A stretch of 64,000 bases of DNA from Azolla caroliniana (GCA_043228905.1 JBHGNT010000005.1:8804001-8868000), one strand, 5' to 3'. Counted from the first letter of the stretch, positions 46,720-59,930 are shown. Program-made: numbers and translations. The notes: a model not told the origin generated them from the letters alone.

Positions 46720-47365
46720 AACCATTTCGTTGAATCCAACAATCTACTTCCACGAACGGAGCAAGTTACCTATGCCTCAACCACCTCCTCCATCTTCAAT
46801 CATGTTGTCTACACTATGAACGGTGCTAGTGGTGGAAACAACCAACGAGGTGGAACGCAATTCCACTTAACATCATCACTTGCATCCAACATAATAGGAA
46901 TAGCTACCCAGACTCTACGAATACTTCTTCTTTTCCGGTTGGTTGTATTTTCATAACCCTTATAACTATCATACTCACCTTTACTGTATGTACCAATAAT
47001 TCCCAAAAGGTCTTAACCTGATCCACAACCTGAATTTGTTCAGCATTGTATAGTTTGGAACACCTCGCTTTCCACAGAACCCATAAGGCCAAAGAGGAAA
47101 CAATTTGCCAAACATAACATCATGAGAAGAACTTGATTCCCGGCAAGGAGGTTGAACCAGAGTACACCTGAAGACTTTTCACATGTAAAGGCAATGAAGA
47201 ATTATGATAATGATACAAAGCCTTTTGTTGAGCCAACATTCCCCAAAATACGAGACCCCACGTGAAAATGGCCGACCTATACTTACGACCTAATAACATA
47301 AGAATTCGAAACCAAAAACTTTTAGCCCAACACATTTCCAAAAACTTTTGTTCGAGGGTGTGTTG
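46720..47365 (-). pseudogene. Probable L1-type LINE ORF2 C-terminal remnant
   Basis: ALWVLWKARC...FW resembles the LWxIWKxRN motif that follows the zf-RVT knuckle; Trp-rich and frameshifted. Confidence 0.5.
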
Positions 47366-50300
47366 GGATATAAGTGCCTTTAATACATTTCTTTCCTTAG
47401 TTATTTGTTATATTTTCACTTAAATTCACATGTTTTTCGCTTGAGAGTTTCAAAATCGTTGGTGACCCTAGAGCTTCAGGTCATGCTAGAGCCATTGTGG
47501 TCAACTTCCATGTCAAGATCCATTGTGGATTGTCATCGTGCAAAGAACCATTGCCAATTACCTTCATGCAAAGATACATTGTGGAAATGTTTCATGTGAA
47601 ACCTTCGTGTAAAGAAGGCCTTTTGTGAAGCCATATTGTAAAATGACTATCAAGGGGACCTTCATGCAAAGTTTTATCTTGGAATAACGAAGCCTTCATA
47701 CAAAAACCCATTATGAGATGTCATCATGAGATCAACCATCATGGAATTTGGACCCTTCCTATTTCTTAAAGTTAACTTTAGTCAAACTTATTATATTCAA
47801 GAACACATATGTGCACACGCGCACATTTCTAACAAGGATAAAGACAAATATCTATACACATACACTAACACACATTTACACGTAGACAAAAAAGGCACCT
47901 TTACAGTTAAACACAAATACACCTACACATAGTTACACATAGGCACAAATACACAAATTCACATACGAATACACATTTTCGTACCTAAATACTCATATCC
48001 CAAAACACAAGCTAGCCAAATACAGAGTAATTCAATGCACACACACAAAAATATATACCCATAATTATTTGCACATATCCTCGCACACCATGCAAGATCC
48101 TTCATATAAATACATCTCATAAATGCACACACGTTTATACATATATATACGAGAGAGAGAGAGGGAGAGACTGTGTGTGTGCACGTGTCGAAAGGTGTGC
48201 ACGTGTGTAAGAGAGGGGTGACATAATAATATACAATGCATGGTTACGTATAAGAAAGGGTTATGTTATACAACATTGCCTTCTCATTAAGTAGGATATA
48301 AAATATCCTTTACATTAATTATATGACAAAAGTATTATATGACTAGTCTACAAAGTTTTGTCAATGGAATGTGTGAGTGGATTCTAATGCATATATGTAC
48401 ATGTACGGTTGTACCTGTTACTTGTGTGTTCACATGCACTTTAGATAATTGAGCTTGATATTTAAACCATGCATGAGTATGACTAAGGCATTTGTAATAA
48501 GCACCATTTATATCTTTAAAATTTTGAGATGATGATGAAAAAATACCATACGACAAAAGTGCCATGACTAGGCTACAAAGTTTTGTCAAGGGAATGTGCG
48601 AGTAGCTCTTCGGGCAATAAAAGTCACCCGCATCGATCCGGAGCTTCCCTCTCATTTCATTGGTGAACCGATGTCCTATGCTCCACGGGTCCCACAAGCT
48701 AGGATCAACTTCCATGTTGTGTTCATATTTCAATATAATAATTTGAATGCTTCTCGAGCTTTTCAAATGAACCTAAGTTACTTGTCCTTTTTTATTTGGA
48801 TGGATACTTTGATTCAAGTAGAGTTTGTTTATCACAATGTTCAGCTAATCAAAATATTGTGTTAAATACTATATTTCTCCTCCTAGATTTCAATTACAAC
48901 TTTTGTGGGAAATTTTGAAGTCAAATACGTAATAGAACAAGAAGAAGATATGAGGAAGGTATGTTGAATGTTGTTGATGCCAAATGGACAAAATCTAAAT
49001 GGTTCTAAATTTTTTGTAGAATATAATTGGAGAAAGGTTTCCATACTTGTTAGAGGGAAAAAAAGTGTAGAAGTGTGAAAACTTGTTTTATTTCTTGTCA
49101 CGTTTCCTATTGTCGAAGATGGGGTGATAAGTTCATGATTTTCTGTTTCACTTACCTCTTTTGGCAATGGTAATGATAGGTTTTGCCTTTTCTTTTCACG
49201 GGCTATATAAGGCCCTACAAATAATCACCAAATCGAATCATGAGTAGACAAACTGTGCATAATAAACTTATAGGTTTTTAAAATTGAAAGAAGTTGTTAC
49301 ATGCCAAAACATTTTATATGTGATATAAGGAACATGAAGTCTTTCCACCATTAGACATACAATTTGCAATATAAACATTCTTCAATTATATATAAATATA
49401 TATCCTTCATGTGTGTGTGTGTGTAAAACATGACAAATGTTGTTTTTTATGTTGTGTTGAAGGCTCGATATGATTAGATGAGTGCTTCTTAAGTTACAAT
49501 AGGTGCGCGGATGAGAAAGGTCACTATTTTCATTTCATATTAAATATACATCAAGTGCAAAAACCATTATGATCTACATATGGTCATATGTTTTTGTTGA
49601 GAATCAAACCCAACTTCCCAATGCAATTGCTTTCACACTATCAACGGACACTCTAGGTTCAGTTGCCCTAAGTTAGTCAGTATTTAAACCAATCCTTTTT
49701 GTAACCAAGTTATATTGGATGTATTTCATATTTTTCTGATATAACTTCTTGTTCTCTGTCTCTCTGAGCTCTGTATGTGTCTGTGTCTGTGTCTTACACA
49801 CACACAGTAAGACACACACATAGAGTGTTCCTTCCGTTGCACAAGATCATCTACACTCTTCATTTCTTTACATGGTATCAGAGCGTGTGGTAGTCTGATT
49901 CGCTCAAACTTGAATCGATTAAAGTCGAAAAAGGCAAAGCCGAGAAGTGTCGAGTCGAAAACGACATTGTCGAACGAGACAGAGTCGATTCAACCATCAA
50001 CCCCAATAAGGCTAAGGGGACAAAAAGTTGAATCAACTAGGCCAAGTCCTCGGCTCCTTTGTCAATCGGTCCCAAAGAAAGGGAGGATGATTTGATATCG
50101 TCGAAATCCTATTGCAGGGTGAGTCATCGAAAAGGACTCCTGAAGACGGTTCAAGTAATGTCGATCAGCCAACAACACCGATCGAAAGATCCGAACCAAT
50201 CAACTTGGCGCCCAGGAAATCCGGACGAGTCAAAAGGCTGACAGAGTTTTATCAACCAGGCCTCGACTATGTCAACTACATAGACGCAAGCGAACCAAGC

Positions 50301-50565
50301 TCCTACGATGAAGTTATAGTCGTGCCAAACGCTGACACATGGCTACAAGCAATGAGATTCGAGGTGAACTCAATACATACGAACAAGACATGGGAATTGG
50401 TCAAACTACTAGCTCGAAGGAAGTCGTTGCCATACAAATGGGTCTTCAGATACAAATATGTATTCAATTTGGAGAAGCCCAAATATAAAGCTCGGCTCAT
50501 CAACAAGGGATTCAAACAAGAACACAAGGTCAATACGACGAGATCTTCTCACCTATAGTCAAGAT

Positions 50566-51612
50566 TGTCGAGATCAGACCGTAGAGCTATGAGAAAGATA
50601 GACTGAAATACACCAACACAAAAATAGAAAAAACAAGTCAACAGAGAATGCACAGTACATAGTATTTACATGGAAACCCTAAAACAGGAAAAACAGGGGG
50701 CAGCAGGTTTTCACTATGAACAGAGGACAAAAGAAAGATTTACAAGTTCCTGTGAATCAAAGAATACCCACTTAGGGTTTTGGCTAGTTCCACTAAACTA
50801 TGCCTCTCTCTCTCTCTCACGCACTCACACATCTCCTCCTACTCTCTGCTACTCTCACTTCTACTCTCTAGAGAAGCTCTATACACACATAACCCATAAG
50901 TTTGCCCTAGCTATTCCTATTTATAGGAGGAACATGTTATTATTATTATATAATTTATATAATAATTAATCACCTGACTTGTCGGCCTTGTCTTCCACCA
51001 TCCGAACGGCCCAACTTGGATCATCCATCCAATGTAGTCGACTATAATAGTCGACTCTCTATCTACTTCAAACCAGTCGACCACCCTATCAACTCGTTCG
51101 TCGATCGGATCGACCATCCTGTATTCGGCTTGTCGATTTGAGTGCCAACTTCTTCATTGACTTCGACATATGACTTTTGCCATAGGAGAGACAAATTCCT
51201 AACAAACTCCCCCTTCACTCCTATGGGCTGAGTCGGCTAGTCCTGTCTTTTACCGACAAACATTGAGTCTATCCATAGGTAGTGGTTTCATAAGAATATC
51301 GGATCCATTATCATCAGTATGGATCTTCACAAGGGTAAACTCTCCCTCATCCACCTTCTCTCGTAACCAGTGATACCTTCTCTGTATGTGCATGGTCCAA
51401 GAGTGATACGCAACGTTCTTGGCTAGATGTATGGCACTCTGACTATGCCAATGGAGTAAGAATTTTCCTTGCTTCATTCCCAATTCACTCAGAAAACTCC
51501 TCATCCATATCAACTTCTTACCAACCTCTACAACAACCATATATTCTGACTTTGTGGTCAACAAAGCCACAATCTTTTGCAGTCTTGACTACCACAACAT
51601 TGCTCCCCCTTC
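50566..51612 (-). mobile_element. Copia 3' fragment: RNase H (51250-51610), PPT (51204-51216), 3' LTR (50566-51203)
   Basis: SQSAIHLAKN...NGSDILMK; PPT tgaagggggagtt on the minus strand; LTR tgtcga...ctaaca. Confidence 0.8.
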
Positions 51613-52659
51613 TGTTGGGAAACATGTCCCTCCGGATGGGAAGAGAAGGACCGTGTTGGTAAGTATCTCGGCCGAGGCCAAAACCGAAAAGTGCTTTGGC
51701 GAAATCGATGCACTCTCTCCAGATGTGGCTGACGGCATCGCACCACATGCATCGTTGGTCGACCGGAGGCCTCCGATCACGCGACTATCCCCCGCCATCT
51801 CTCTGAGCCTACGCGATCTAGAGATCGTGCACCATCTTCATCAACTCCTCCAGAGCTGCACCCCCGGATGGGCCCTTGACAATGTCAATCGGAACCGTGC
51901 CCGACTCGAGCCACCTTCGTCTCTCTTCTGTCTGGGCTGGAATCGGTTACTCTGGCTTCTTCCCAGCACCCGGGCCGGTCGTCAACAACCCCGCATCGTG
52001 TTGGGATTTTCGGTCCCTCCGGATGGGATGTCCGGAGATGAATGACGGCAATTACAGTTACGGTTACGGTTACGGTCCCGGCTACGGAGCCGGATGATGA
52101 AGACCCCGGCTACGGAGCCGGAAGACGAAGACCCCGGCTACGGAGCCGGATGACGAATGTACCCGGAGAGAGATCCGGATACGGGGACATATTTGTGAAT
52201 ATGTTTGCCAAGGGCCCTTGAGGCTATATCTGTAAATAACCTGAAAGTCATATGTGTATAAATATGACTTAGGGCAAACAGTTTTTTGTTGTTACTCATT
52301 TTTCTGGTTTTCCACTTAGAGGGAGCTAAGTGAGCAGCCGAGAGAGAGAGAGAGAGAGAGAGAGACGAAGAGGTCGTTGCCTCTGTGTATTACCGCCGCC
52401 TGTGGCGAAGACAGTGAGCTCAAGGTTGTTGCCTTGTAGCTTCACCATTGTACATCTCTGTTTGTAGTGATAGTTGGAGTTTGAGGACTCCCGTGGTTTT
52501 TCCCATTTAGGGTTTTCCACGTAAAACATCCAGTGTACTCTTCTCTCTATCGAACGGTGCATTTTGTATTTCCTGTTTTCTGTGAGTTAATCATATTCCT
52601 CGGTTGTGGCCGAGCACTGTGCTCAACAAAGTGGTATCAGAGCGACGGCAGTGCAGAAA

Positions 52660-53766
52660 ATGGAAGGCGGCAGCAGCGGGCAGCCGGGGATGATGGTGCT
52701 GAATGCGCAGAACTACGCCGACTGGAAGATAAAGATGGAGGATCTGCTCATTGTTCGGGACCTGTATGAACCGATTGACAGGTCGGAAATACCCAAGGGG
52801 GTACTTGAGACGGAATGGAGGCTTCTGAACCGGAAAGCCGTTGCAACCATTCGGCAATACGTCGACGTGAGCGTTCTACAACATGTGGCGAACGACACCA
52901 ACGCATACGAGATGTGGCGGAAGCTGTCGGGCCTCTACGAGAGGAAGAATGCGTTGAACCGGACCTCCCTGATGAGGAAGATAGTGAACCTCAAGTACCG
53001 CGACGGCGAGAGTATGGTGGAACACGTAAGCACGTTCATGGGATTCGTGAACCAGCTTGCGGCGATCAAGTTCCCGTTGGAGGATGCAATGCAAGCCATC
53101 ATCCTGATGTGTACATTGCCGGAAAGCTGGGAGAACTTGGTGGTGACTCTCAGCACCTCCTGCACCGAAGATAACTTGTCTCTACAAACGGTAAAGACAA
53201 GCATTTTGAACGAAGAAGCGCGACGGAGAGATAAAGAACCGGTCTCCGATCCGAAGATGCTGCTTACCGAATCGGATCGGGGAAGACAATGGAACCGGAG
53301 TCCGCAAAGACGGGAGAAGTCGGGGACCCGGTCGCAGTCAAGAGGAAGACCCACATGCTTCCACTGTGGGAAGTCGGGGCACTTCCGGAAGAATTGTCGG
53401 CATTACCGAAAAGACAACGGAGCCAACGACACCGATTCGAAGAAGTCACCGGAGCGAAACGGTGCATACCGGGGAGCCACGGACCGGAGAGGTCCGGATC
53501 GGCGAGGGCAGGACCGGAAAGGAACGACGGCACTCGCGGCAAGTGAAGAAGAGATAATGCTCATTACCGAAGAGAGGGAGCTGAACCTTGCCAGTGAAGA
53601 GATGACCTGGGTGGTCGATTCCGGAGCGTCGTTCCACCTGACCCCGGAGAAGAAATACTTCTCATCCTACACAGCCGGTGAGCACGGCTGTGTCCGGATG
53701 GGAAATGAAGGTACATGCCGGATTGCCGGCATAGGAGACGTGTGGCTGATGACATCAACCGGATGA
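52660..53766 (+). CDS. gag: Copia gag + zinc knuckle + protease N-terminus (ends at a premature TGA)
   Basis: LNAQNYADWK, CFHCGKSGHFRKNC, WVVDSGASFH. TGA falls where the paralogue has TGC. Confidence 0.85.
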   Translation: MEGGSSGQPGMMVLNAQNYADWKIKMEDLLIVRDLYEPIDRSEIPKGVLETEWRLLNRKAVATIRQYVDVSVLQHVANDTNAYEMWRKLSGLYERKNALNRTSLMRKIVNLKYRDGESMVEHVSTFMGFVNQLAAIKFPLEDAMQAIILMCTLPESWENLVVTLSTSCTEDNLSLQTVKTSILNEEARRRDKEPVSDPKMLLTESDRGRQWNRSPQRREKSGTRSQSRGRPTCFHCGKSGHFRKNCRHYRKDNGANDTDSKKSPERNGAYRGATDRRGPDRRGQDRKGTTALAASEEEIMLITEERELNLASEEMTWVVDSGASFHLTPEKKYFSSYTAGEHGCVRMGNEGTCRIAGIGDVWLMTSTG

Positions 53767-53839
53767 AAGATGCTGCTGAAGGATGTTCGACACGTACCGG
53801 AGGTTCGATTGAACCTGATTTCGGCCGGGAGGCTAGACG

Positions 53840-56155
53840 ATGCAGTTCGAGGAGTACTGTCGCTCGAAGGGAATCCGGCTCGAGTTTACTGTGCCGAAGA
53901 CGCCGGAACTGAACGGGCTGGCCGAGAGGATGAACCGGACCATAATGGAGAGGGTCCGGAGTATGCTAGCGCATGCGAAATTACCCAAGGGGTTTTGGGC
54001 TGAGGCAATGTCGACGGCGACATACGTGATAAACAGATCACCCTCAGTACCTTTGAACGGAGACACGCCGCAGAGAGTGTGGACCGGTAGGGAAGTATCC
54101 TACCGGCATCTGAAGGTGTTCGGGTGTCTCGCATATGTGCATGTGGCAAAGGACCGGAGAGGAAAGCTAGACCCAAAGACCCGGCCATGCATATTCCTCG
54201 GTTACGGCGACGACGAGTTCGGCTACCGAGTATGGGACCCGGTCGACAAGAAGATATTCAGGAGTCGAGATATCATCTTCATGGAGGACAAGACACTCGC
54301 CGACTGGGAGTCGGAGAAGAAGATGAAGAGCTCCAAGTCGACCGGTGAGGATAAACTCTACGAAGAGCAGTCCCGACCGGCAAGGGACCGGTTAGCACTC
54401 GAAGACGGTGAAGAAACAGAACCGGCCGAGGAAGATGAAACTGATACCGGAACCGGCCCCGATCCCGAAATGGATTCGGATGAAGAGGAAACGGAGGAGC
54501 CGGTTATCGAAGCTCCGGAACGGAGATATCCTCTAAGAGAGAGAAGGGCCCCCCGGAGATTTCCGGAACCGGAGCACGTGCTGCTAACCGACGAGGGGGA
54601 GCCGGAGAGTTTTGAAGAAGCAAAGCTTGACACTCATAGCCGCAGGTGGTTAAGTGCCATGCAGGAGGAGATGGATTCCCTGCATGAGAACCACACATAT
54701 AAACTTGTGGAGTTGCCGCTTCGAAACAAGTGGGTGTTCAAGCTGAAACCGGGAGATGCCAGAAACCCCCCGAGATACAAAGCCAGGATCGTGGTGAAGG
54801 GGTTTCAGCAGAAGAAGGGCGTCGACTTCGACGAGATATTTGCCCCGGTAGTGAAGATGACCTCCATCCGGACGGTGCTGAGCATAGCGGCAAGCATGGA
54901 CCTCGAGGTAGAACAGATGGACGTGAAGACGGCATTCCTTCACGGTGACCTCGAAGAAGAGATCTACATGCAGCAACCGGAAGGATTCGAGAAGAAAGGA
55001 AAGGAGCACCTGGTATGCCGGTTGAAGAAGAGCCTTTACGGACTGAAGCAAGCTCCCCGGCAGTGGTACCGGAAGTTCGACTCTTTCATGACCGACGAAG
55101 GCTACCACAAAACGCAGTCCGATCACTGCGTGTTTGTGAAGAAGTTCGAAGGAGGAGACTTTCTAATACTCCTCCTGTACGTGGACGACATGTTGATCGT
55201 CGGACGGGACCAGGCCAAGATACGGATGCTGAAGAAAGTGCTTCACCGAACTTTCTCAATGAAGGACCTGGGTCCGGCGAGGCAAATTCTAGGGATGCAC
55301 ATCATCAGGGACCGGAAGAAGAAGCAGTTGTGGCTGTCACAGGAGAAGTACGTGACAAAGGTGCTTCACCGGTTCAACATGTCGGAAGCAAGACCGGTCG
55401 GGTCAACCCTCCCGGCAAACTGCAAGTTGTCCAGCAAGCAAAGCCCCAAGACAAAGGCTGAGAAGGAGGACATGATGAAAGTACCATATGCCTCTGCCGT
55501 CGGAAGCTTGATGTACGCAATGGTGTGTACAAGACCGGACATAGGATATGCAGTCGGAGTGGTGAGCCGGTACATGAGCAATCCTAGCAAAGAGCACTGG
55601 AACGCGGCCAAGTGGATACTCCGATACCTGAAGGGCACGGCAAACGTATGCCTCCGATTCGGCTCCGGTAAGCCCGAACTCGACGGCTTTACCGATTCGG
55701 ATATGTCGGCCGATGCAGATACCAGCCGGTCCACATCAGGGTATGTGATGACGTATGCAGGGGGAGCTGTTTCGTGGCAGTCGAGGCTGCAGAAGACGGT
55801 TGCGTTGTCAACCACGGAGGCGGAGTACATGGCGGCCGTTGAAGCCGGCAAGGAAATAATATGGATGAAGGACTTCATTAGAGAGCTCGGTATCCGGCAG
55901 GAGGAGTACCGACTCTACTGCGACAGTCAGAGTGCCATCCACCTTGCGAAGAATGCGGCCTATCACTCCCGGACGAAGCACATCCAGCGTAGATACCACT
56001 GGATCCGGGAAAGGATAGAAGACAAGGAGTTCGTGCTGACAAAGATCCACACGGACGAGAACGGGTCGGATATGCTGACCAAGGTACTTACACCCGACAA
56101 GCTGGAAGCATGCCGGAAGAGGATCGGATTGGAGAGACATCCCATGCCGAAGTGA
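53840..56155 (+). CDS. pol: Copia pol remnant: C-terminal integrase, complete RT and RNase H
   Basis: TPELNGLAERMNRT, MDVKTAFLHG, LYVDDML, TRPDI, ALSTTEAEY. The ATG is created at the deletion junction. Confidence 0.9.
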   Translation: MQFEEYCRSKGIRLEFTVPKTPELNGLAERMNRTIMERVRSMLAHAKLPKGFWAEAMSTATYVINRSPSVPLNGDTPQRVWTGREVSYRHLKVFGCLAYVHVAKDRRGKLDPKTRPCIFLGYGDDEFGYRVWDPVDKKIFRSRDIIFMEDKTLADWESEKKMKSSKSTGEDKLYEEQSRPARDRLALEDGEETEPAEEDETDTGTGPDPEMDSDEEETEEPVIEAPERRYPLRERRAPRRFPEPEHVLLTDEGEPESFEEAKLDTHSRRWLSAMQEEMDSLHENHTYKLVELPLRNKWVFKLKPGDARNPPRYKARIVVKGFQQKKGVDFDEIFAPVVKMTSIRTVLSIAASMDLEVEQMDVKTAFLHGDLEEEIYMQQPEGFEKKGKEHLVCRLKKSLYGLKQAPRQWYRKFDSFMTDEGYHKTQSDHCVFVKKFEGGDFLILLLYVDDMLIVGRDQAKIRMLKKVLHRTFSMKDLGPARQILGMHIIRDRKKKQLWLSQEKYVTKVLHRFNMSEARPVGSTLPANCKLSSKQSPKTKAEKEDMMKVPYASAVGSLMYAMVCTRPDIGYAVGVVSRYMSNPSKEHWNAAKWILRYLKGTANVCLRFGSGKPELDGFTDSDMSADADTSRSTSGYVMTYAGGAVSWQSRLQKTVALSTTEAEYMAAVEAGKEIIWMKDFIRELGIRQEEYRLYCDSQSAIHLAKNAAYHSRTKHIQRRYHWIRERIEDKEFVLTKIHTDENGSDMLTKVLTPDKLEACRKRIGLERHPMPK

Positions 56156-58904
56156 AGGGGGAGTTTGTTGGGATTTTCGGTCCCTCCGGATGGGATGTCC
56201 GGAGATGAATGACGGCAATTACGGTTACGGTTACGGTTACGGTCCCGGCTACGGAGCCGGATGATGAAGACCCCGGCTACGGAGCCGGATGACGAATGTA
56301 CCCGGAGAGAGATCCGGATACGGGGACATATTTGTGAATATGTTTGCCAAGGGCCCTTGAGGCTATATCTGTAAATAACCCGAAAGTCATATGTGTATAA
56401 ATATGACTTAGGGCAAACAGTTTTTTGTTGTTACTCATTTTTCTGGTTTTCCACTTAGAGGGAGCTAAGTGAGCAGCCGAGAGAGAGAGAGAGAGAGAGA
56501 CGAAGAGGTCGTTGCCTCTGTGTATTACCGCCGCCTGTGGCGAAGACAGTGAGCTCAAGGTTGTTGCCTTGTAGCTTCACCATTGTACATCTCTGTTTGT
56601 AGTGATAGTTGGAGTTTGAGGACTCCCCTGGTTTTTCCCATTTAGGGTTTTCCACGTAAAACATCCAGTGTACTCTTCTCTCTATCGAACGGTGCATTTT
56701 GTATTTCCTGTTTTCTGTGAGTTAATCATATTCCTCGGTTGTGGCCGAGCACTATGCTCAACACATCGTTACATTCTCGCCGTTTGTTGAAACAACTACA
56801 TACCCTTTTTACCACGGCCCAATCAGCCGTGGGCCCTTCATACGTCTCCAAATGGAGGCCCACCTTTTCTCGGTTGAGTGGATTGACCGACTTGATAAAC
56901 AATAGGACCTTTCTTGTGTCGAGCACAGTCGGGTCCAGCGCTGAGAGCCGCGTGAATCGTCTTTCAAACTCTTGGAGGAGCATCAATGTGTTCCTCGTCT
57001 TTCTAGGGCTCTTGACCCACTCCATCAACTCCCTCTTTGATAACCAAAGTGAGTCACTGAAATCGTATCTTTCGAGGAGCCGCACCTCAAACTCCGGCCA
57101 ACTTCGGTAGTCGGCCTGCATCTCGAGCACCTCTACGTGGATGCTCGGCGTAACTACCCATGGAAACACGGACAACCGTCTATCGCCTGGAACATCTCTC
57201 ATCAGCATCTCAACCTTGAAGGCCTCTAGGTAGTTTGTGGTATCCTTTCAATTGAATCAGCCTATCGTGTCGACTACCATTTCCACGGCCCTGTCAAGTC
57301 CATTGGTGCTCTCTCGAGCATTAACCAGGCGGTCGACAACCACCGCCATCGCTTTGGCGAGTTCACTTCCCTTCATTTTCAAACTGCTCTACCTCCCCTT
57401 CACATCGGGTTCACCAAAGATGTTGTCGTATTCTGCGGGTATATGTTGGAACGGGGGGGGGGGACCGATAGGGTCTCGGACCAAGGAGCCGATAAGAGAG
57501 GAAAGGTTGTCTGTATCGGCCTCTTGATGACTTCACCGGAACGGTGTCTGAACGTGTAATCCTATCCGGATCGATTCCCGGATGCCGGACGATGAGCGCA
57601 TGGGCTTAGAGACATATGTTGTTCCAGACTGGATGCCGGAAAGCATCAATGAGCTCACGGGGCTCACGCTCCCAGAAACGCAATCACAAAGAGGAACATA
57701 ATAGAATAAAGCATAGGGACGCCCAAACACACAGGAGGAGCAACAACTAATGATTAATCAGAGGAAACAGAAAAGAAATACAACCGGACTCGGCCACTAG
57801 AAGAGCTTCGAGCTCTCTATACCTACATTCACACAAACAATGACAATGATACTGGTGGGCCTCTAGTCGGGAGCACTCGGGCTTCCTACGTGAGTAGAGG
57901 ACTCCACAACACCGCACGAATATGCGGACACAGCAAATCGAATGCTCAACTCTCAAACCGACAACACTTCAACTTCCCAAATCGTGAATACCTCTCTCTA
58001 TCTTCTCTCCCTTCTTTTGATAGCTCAAGGAGAGAGGGAAGTCGTTACATCAAGTTGTTAAGCCAACCGCTTTCCGTTAGAGATTTCCCTCGATTCTCTC
58101 CACCTAAACCTCTTTTTGTCCTCTATATGCGTGGGACATAAAGTACCCGCCCCCTTCTCTACACTACCTAGTACATCAAATACTCTACATATACTTACAT
58201 CCGTTTGTACATAAGGTCATATTTGTGTGCATCCGTACACACACCCATTCCCACGCGTCCCCCCCCTTTTCTCCTAGTAACCGGAATTCTTCATGACACC
58301 ATGTATGGTCATCTATGAATGTGATGAAGTACCAGGAGGCTCCTAGAGATCTCTCAGGCATCGGCCCACATATGTCTGTGTGCACAAGCTCTAGAGGTTA
58401 TCATATCGTCTCGTAGTGGATAGAGTGCAGACTTTGGGTCTGTTTCCCGTAACGACAATGCTCGCAAAAGTCCGTTGTTGTCTGGAGGTTCGGGATATAA
58501 CCAATCGTCATTAGCCGGTCTAATCCAACTTGCGACATATGACCGAGTCAGCCATGCCATAGGTTCGAGTCCCGCAATTTGGCTATGTTCACGGCCCCTT
58601 TTGGATTGATCTCCATTAGTGGATACAAGTTATTGCACTTGTATCCATTCCCAATTTTCAGATTTCCTCGACTGATCATCCATGTCGACTCACTGAGAGT
58701 CTTTCTATACCCGACTTCGTCTAACTTGCTTATGGAGACCAAACTCCTTTTTAGCGTGGGTACATGCTAGACTTGGTGCAAGGCGATTGTGTGGCCATTC
58801 GGCAGTCGGATTGACACGTCGCCGACTCCGGCGATTTTGCATTCCTACCCATTACCTAGTCGAACTATGTCGTTGGCTCCAGTCAAATAGTTTGAAAACC
58901 ATTT

Positions 58905-59930
58905 GATATTCAAGGTTACGTGAAATGTGATTCCATAATCTAGAAGCCATGTATGCACGTCTTGCGCGTTGTATAAGACTTCACCGGTTGATGATTCCTC
59001 TAATGAGAGGATTTCTCCCAACCAGGATTTGGCAACATTAACTTAGTTGCCAGTGGGAGAACAGCTCGAGTTGGATTGTCTTGGATTCCGCTCAAATCAC
59101 CCACCGCCCTCATTCTTTTTAATCGACTAGCAGTTAGAGGCATCGTGACCAACCTTTCAATTCGATATTCAAGGTTACGTGAAATGTGGCTCCAGAATCT
59201 AGAAGCCATGTATGCACGTCTTGCGCGTTGTATAAGACTTCACCGGTCAATGATTCCTCTAATGAGAGGATTTCTCCCGACCAGGATTTGGCAACATTAA
59301 CTTAGTTGCCAGTGGGAGAACAGCTCGAGTTGGATTGTCTTGGATTCCGCTCAAATCACCCACCACCCTCATTCTTTTTAATCGACTAGCAGTTAGAGGC
59401 ATCGTGACCAACCTTTCAATTCGATATTCAAGGTTACATGAAAGCTCCAGAATCTAGAAGCCATGTATGCATGTCTTGCGCGTTGTATAAGACTTCACCG
59501 GTCGATGATTCCTCTAATGAGTGGATTTCTCCCGACCAAGATTTGGCAACATTAACTTAGTTGCCAGTGGGAGAACAACTCGAGTTGGATTGTCTTGGAT
59601 TCCGCTCAAATCACCCACCGCCCTCATTCTTTTTAATCGACTAGCAGTTAGAGGCATCGTGACCAACCTTTCAATTCGATATTCAAGGTTACGTGAAATG
59701 TGGCTCCAATATCTAGAAGCCATGTATGCACATCTTGCACGTTGTATAAGACTTCACCAGTTGATGATTCCTCTAATGAGAGGATTTCTCCCGACCAAGA
59801 TTTGGCAACATTAACTTAGTTGCTAGTGGGAGAACAGCTCGAGTTGGATTGTCTTGGATTCCGCTCAAATCACCCACCGCCCTCGTTCTTTTTAATCGAC
59901 TAGCAGTTAGAGGCATCGTGACCAACCTTT
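58905..59930. repeat. 259-bp tandem amplification (4 copies) of the Copia protease active-site region
   Basis: gatattcaaggttac at 58905, 59164, 59423 and 59678. The minus strand encodes WLLDSGATFHVT or a close variant in each unit. Confidence 0.92.

Larger units (their letters stand above)
51999..56763 (+). mobile_element. Young Ty1/Copia LTR retrotransposon with an integrase deletion (LTRs 51999-52628 and 56166-56763)
   Basis: Perfect TSD CATCG. PBS at 52632-52643 (tRNA-iMet). PPT at 56153-56165. The LTRs differ by ~4 substitutions, one 30-bp repeat unit and one GA unit. Confidence 0.96.
51690..58298 (-). mobile_element. Truncated tRNA-Trp-primed Gypsy (5' LTR 57421-58298, PBS 57400-57417, gag 57380-56764 + 51998-51690) split by the young Copia; abuts a Copia LTR fragment at 51613-51690
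   Basis: Gag is homologous to 24600-25510 (LLQEFERRFTRLSALD, CMWCDAVSHIWREC). PBS is tggtgaacccgatgtga on the minus strand. Confidence 0.82.
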
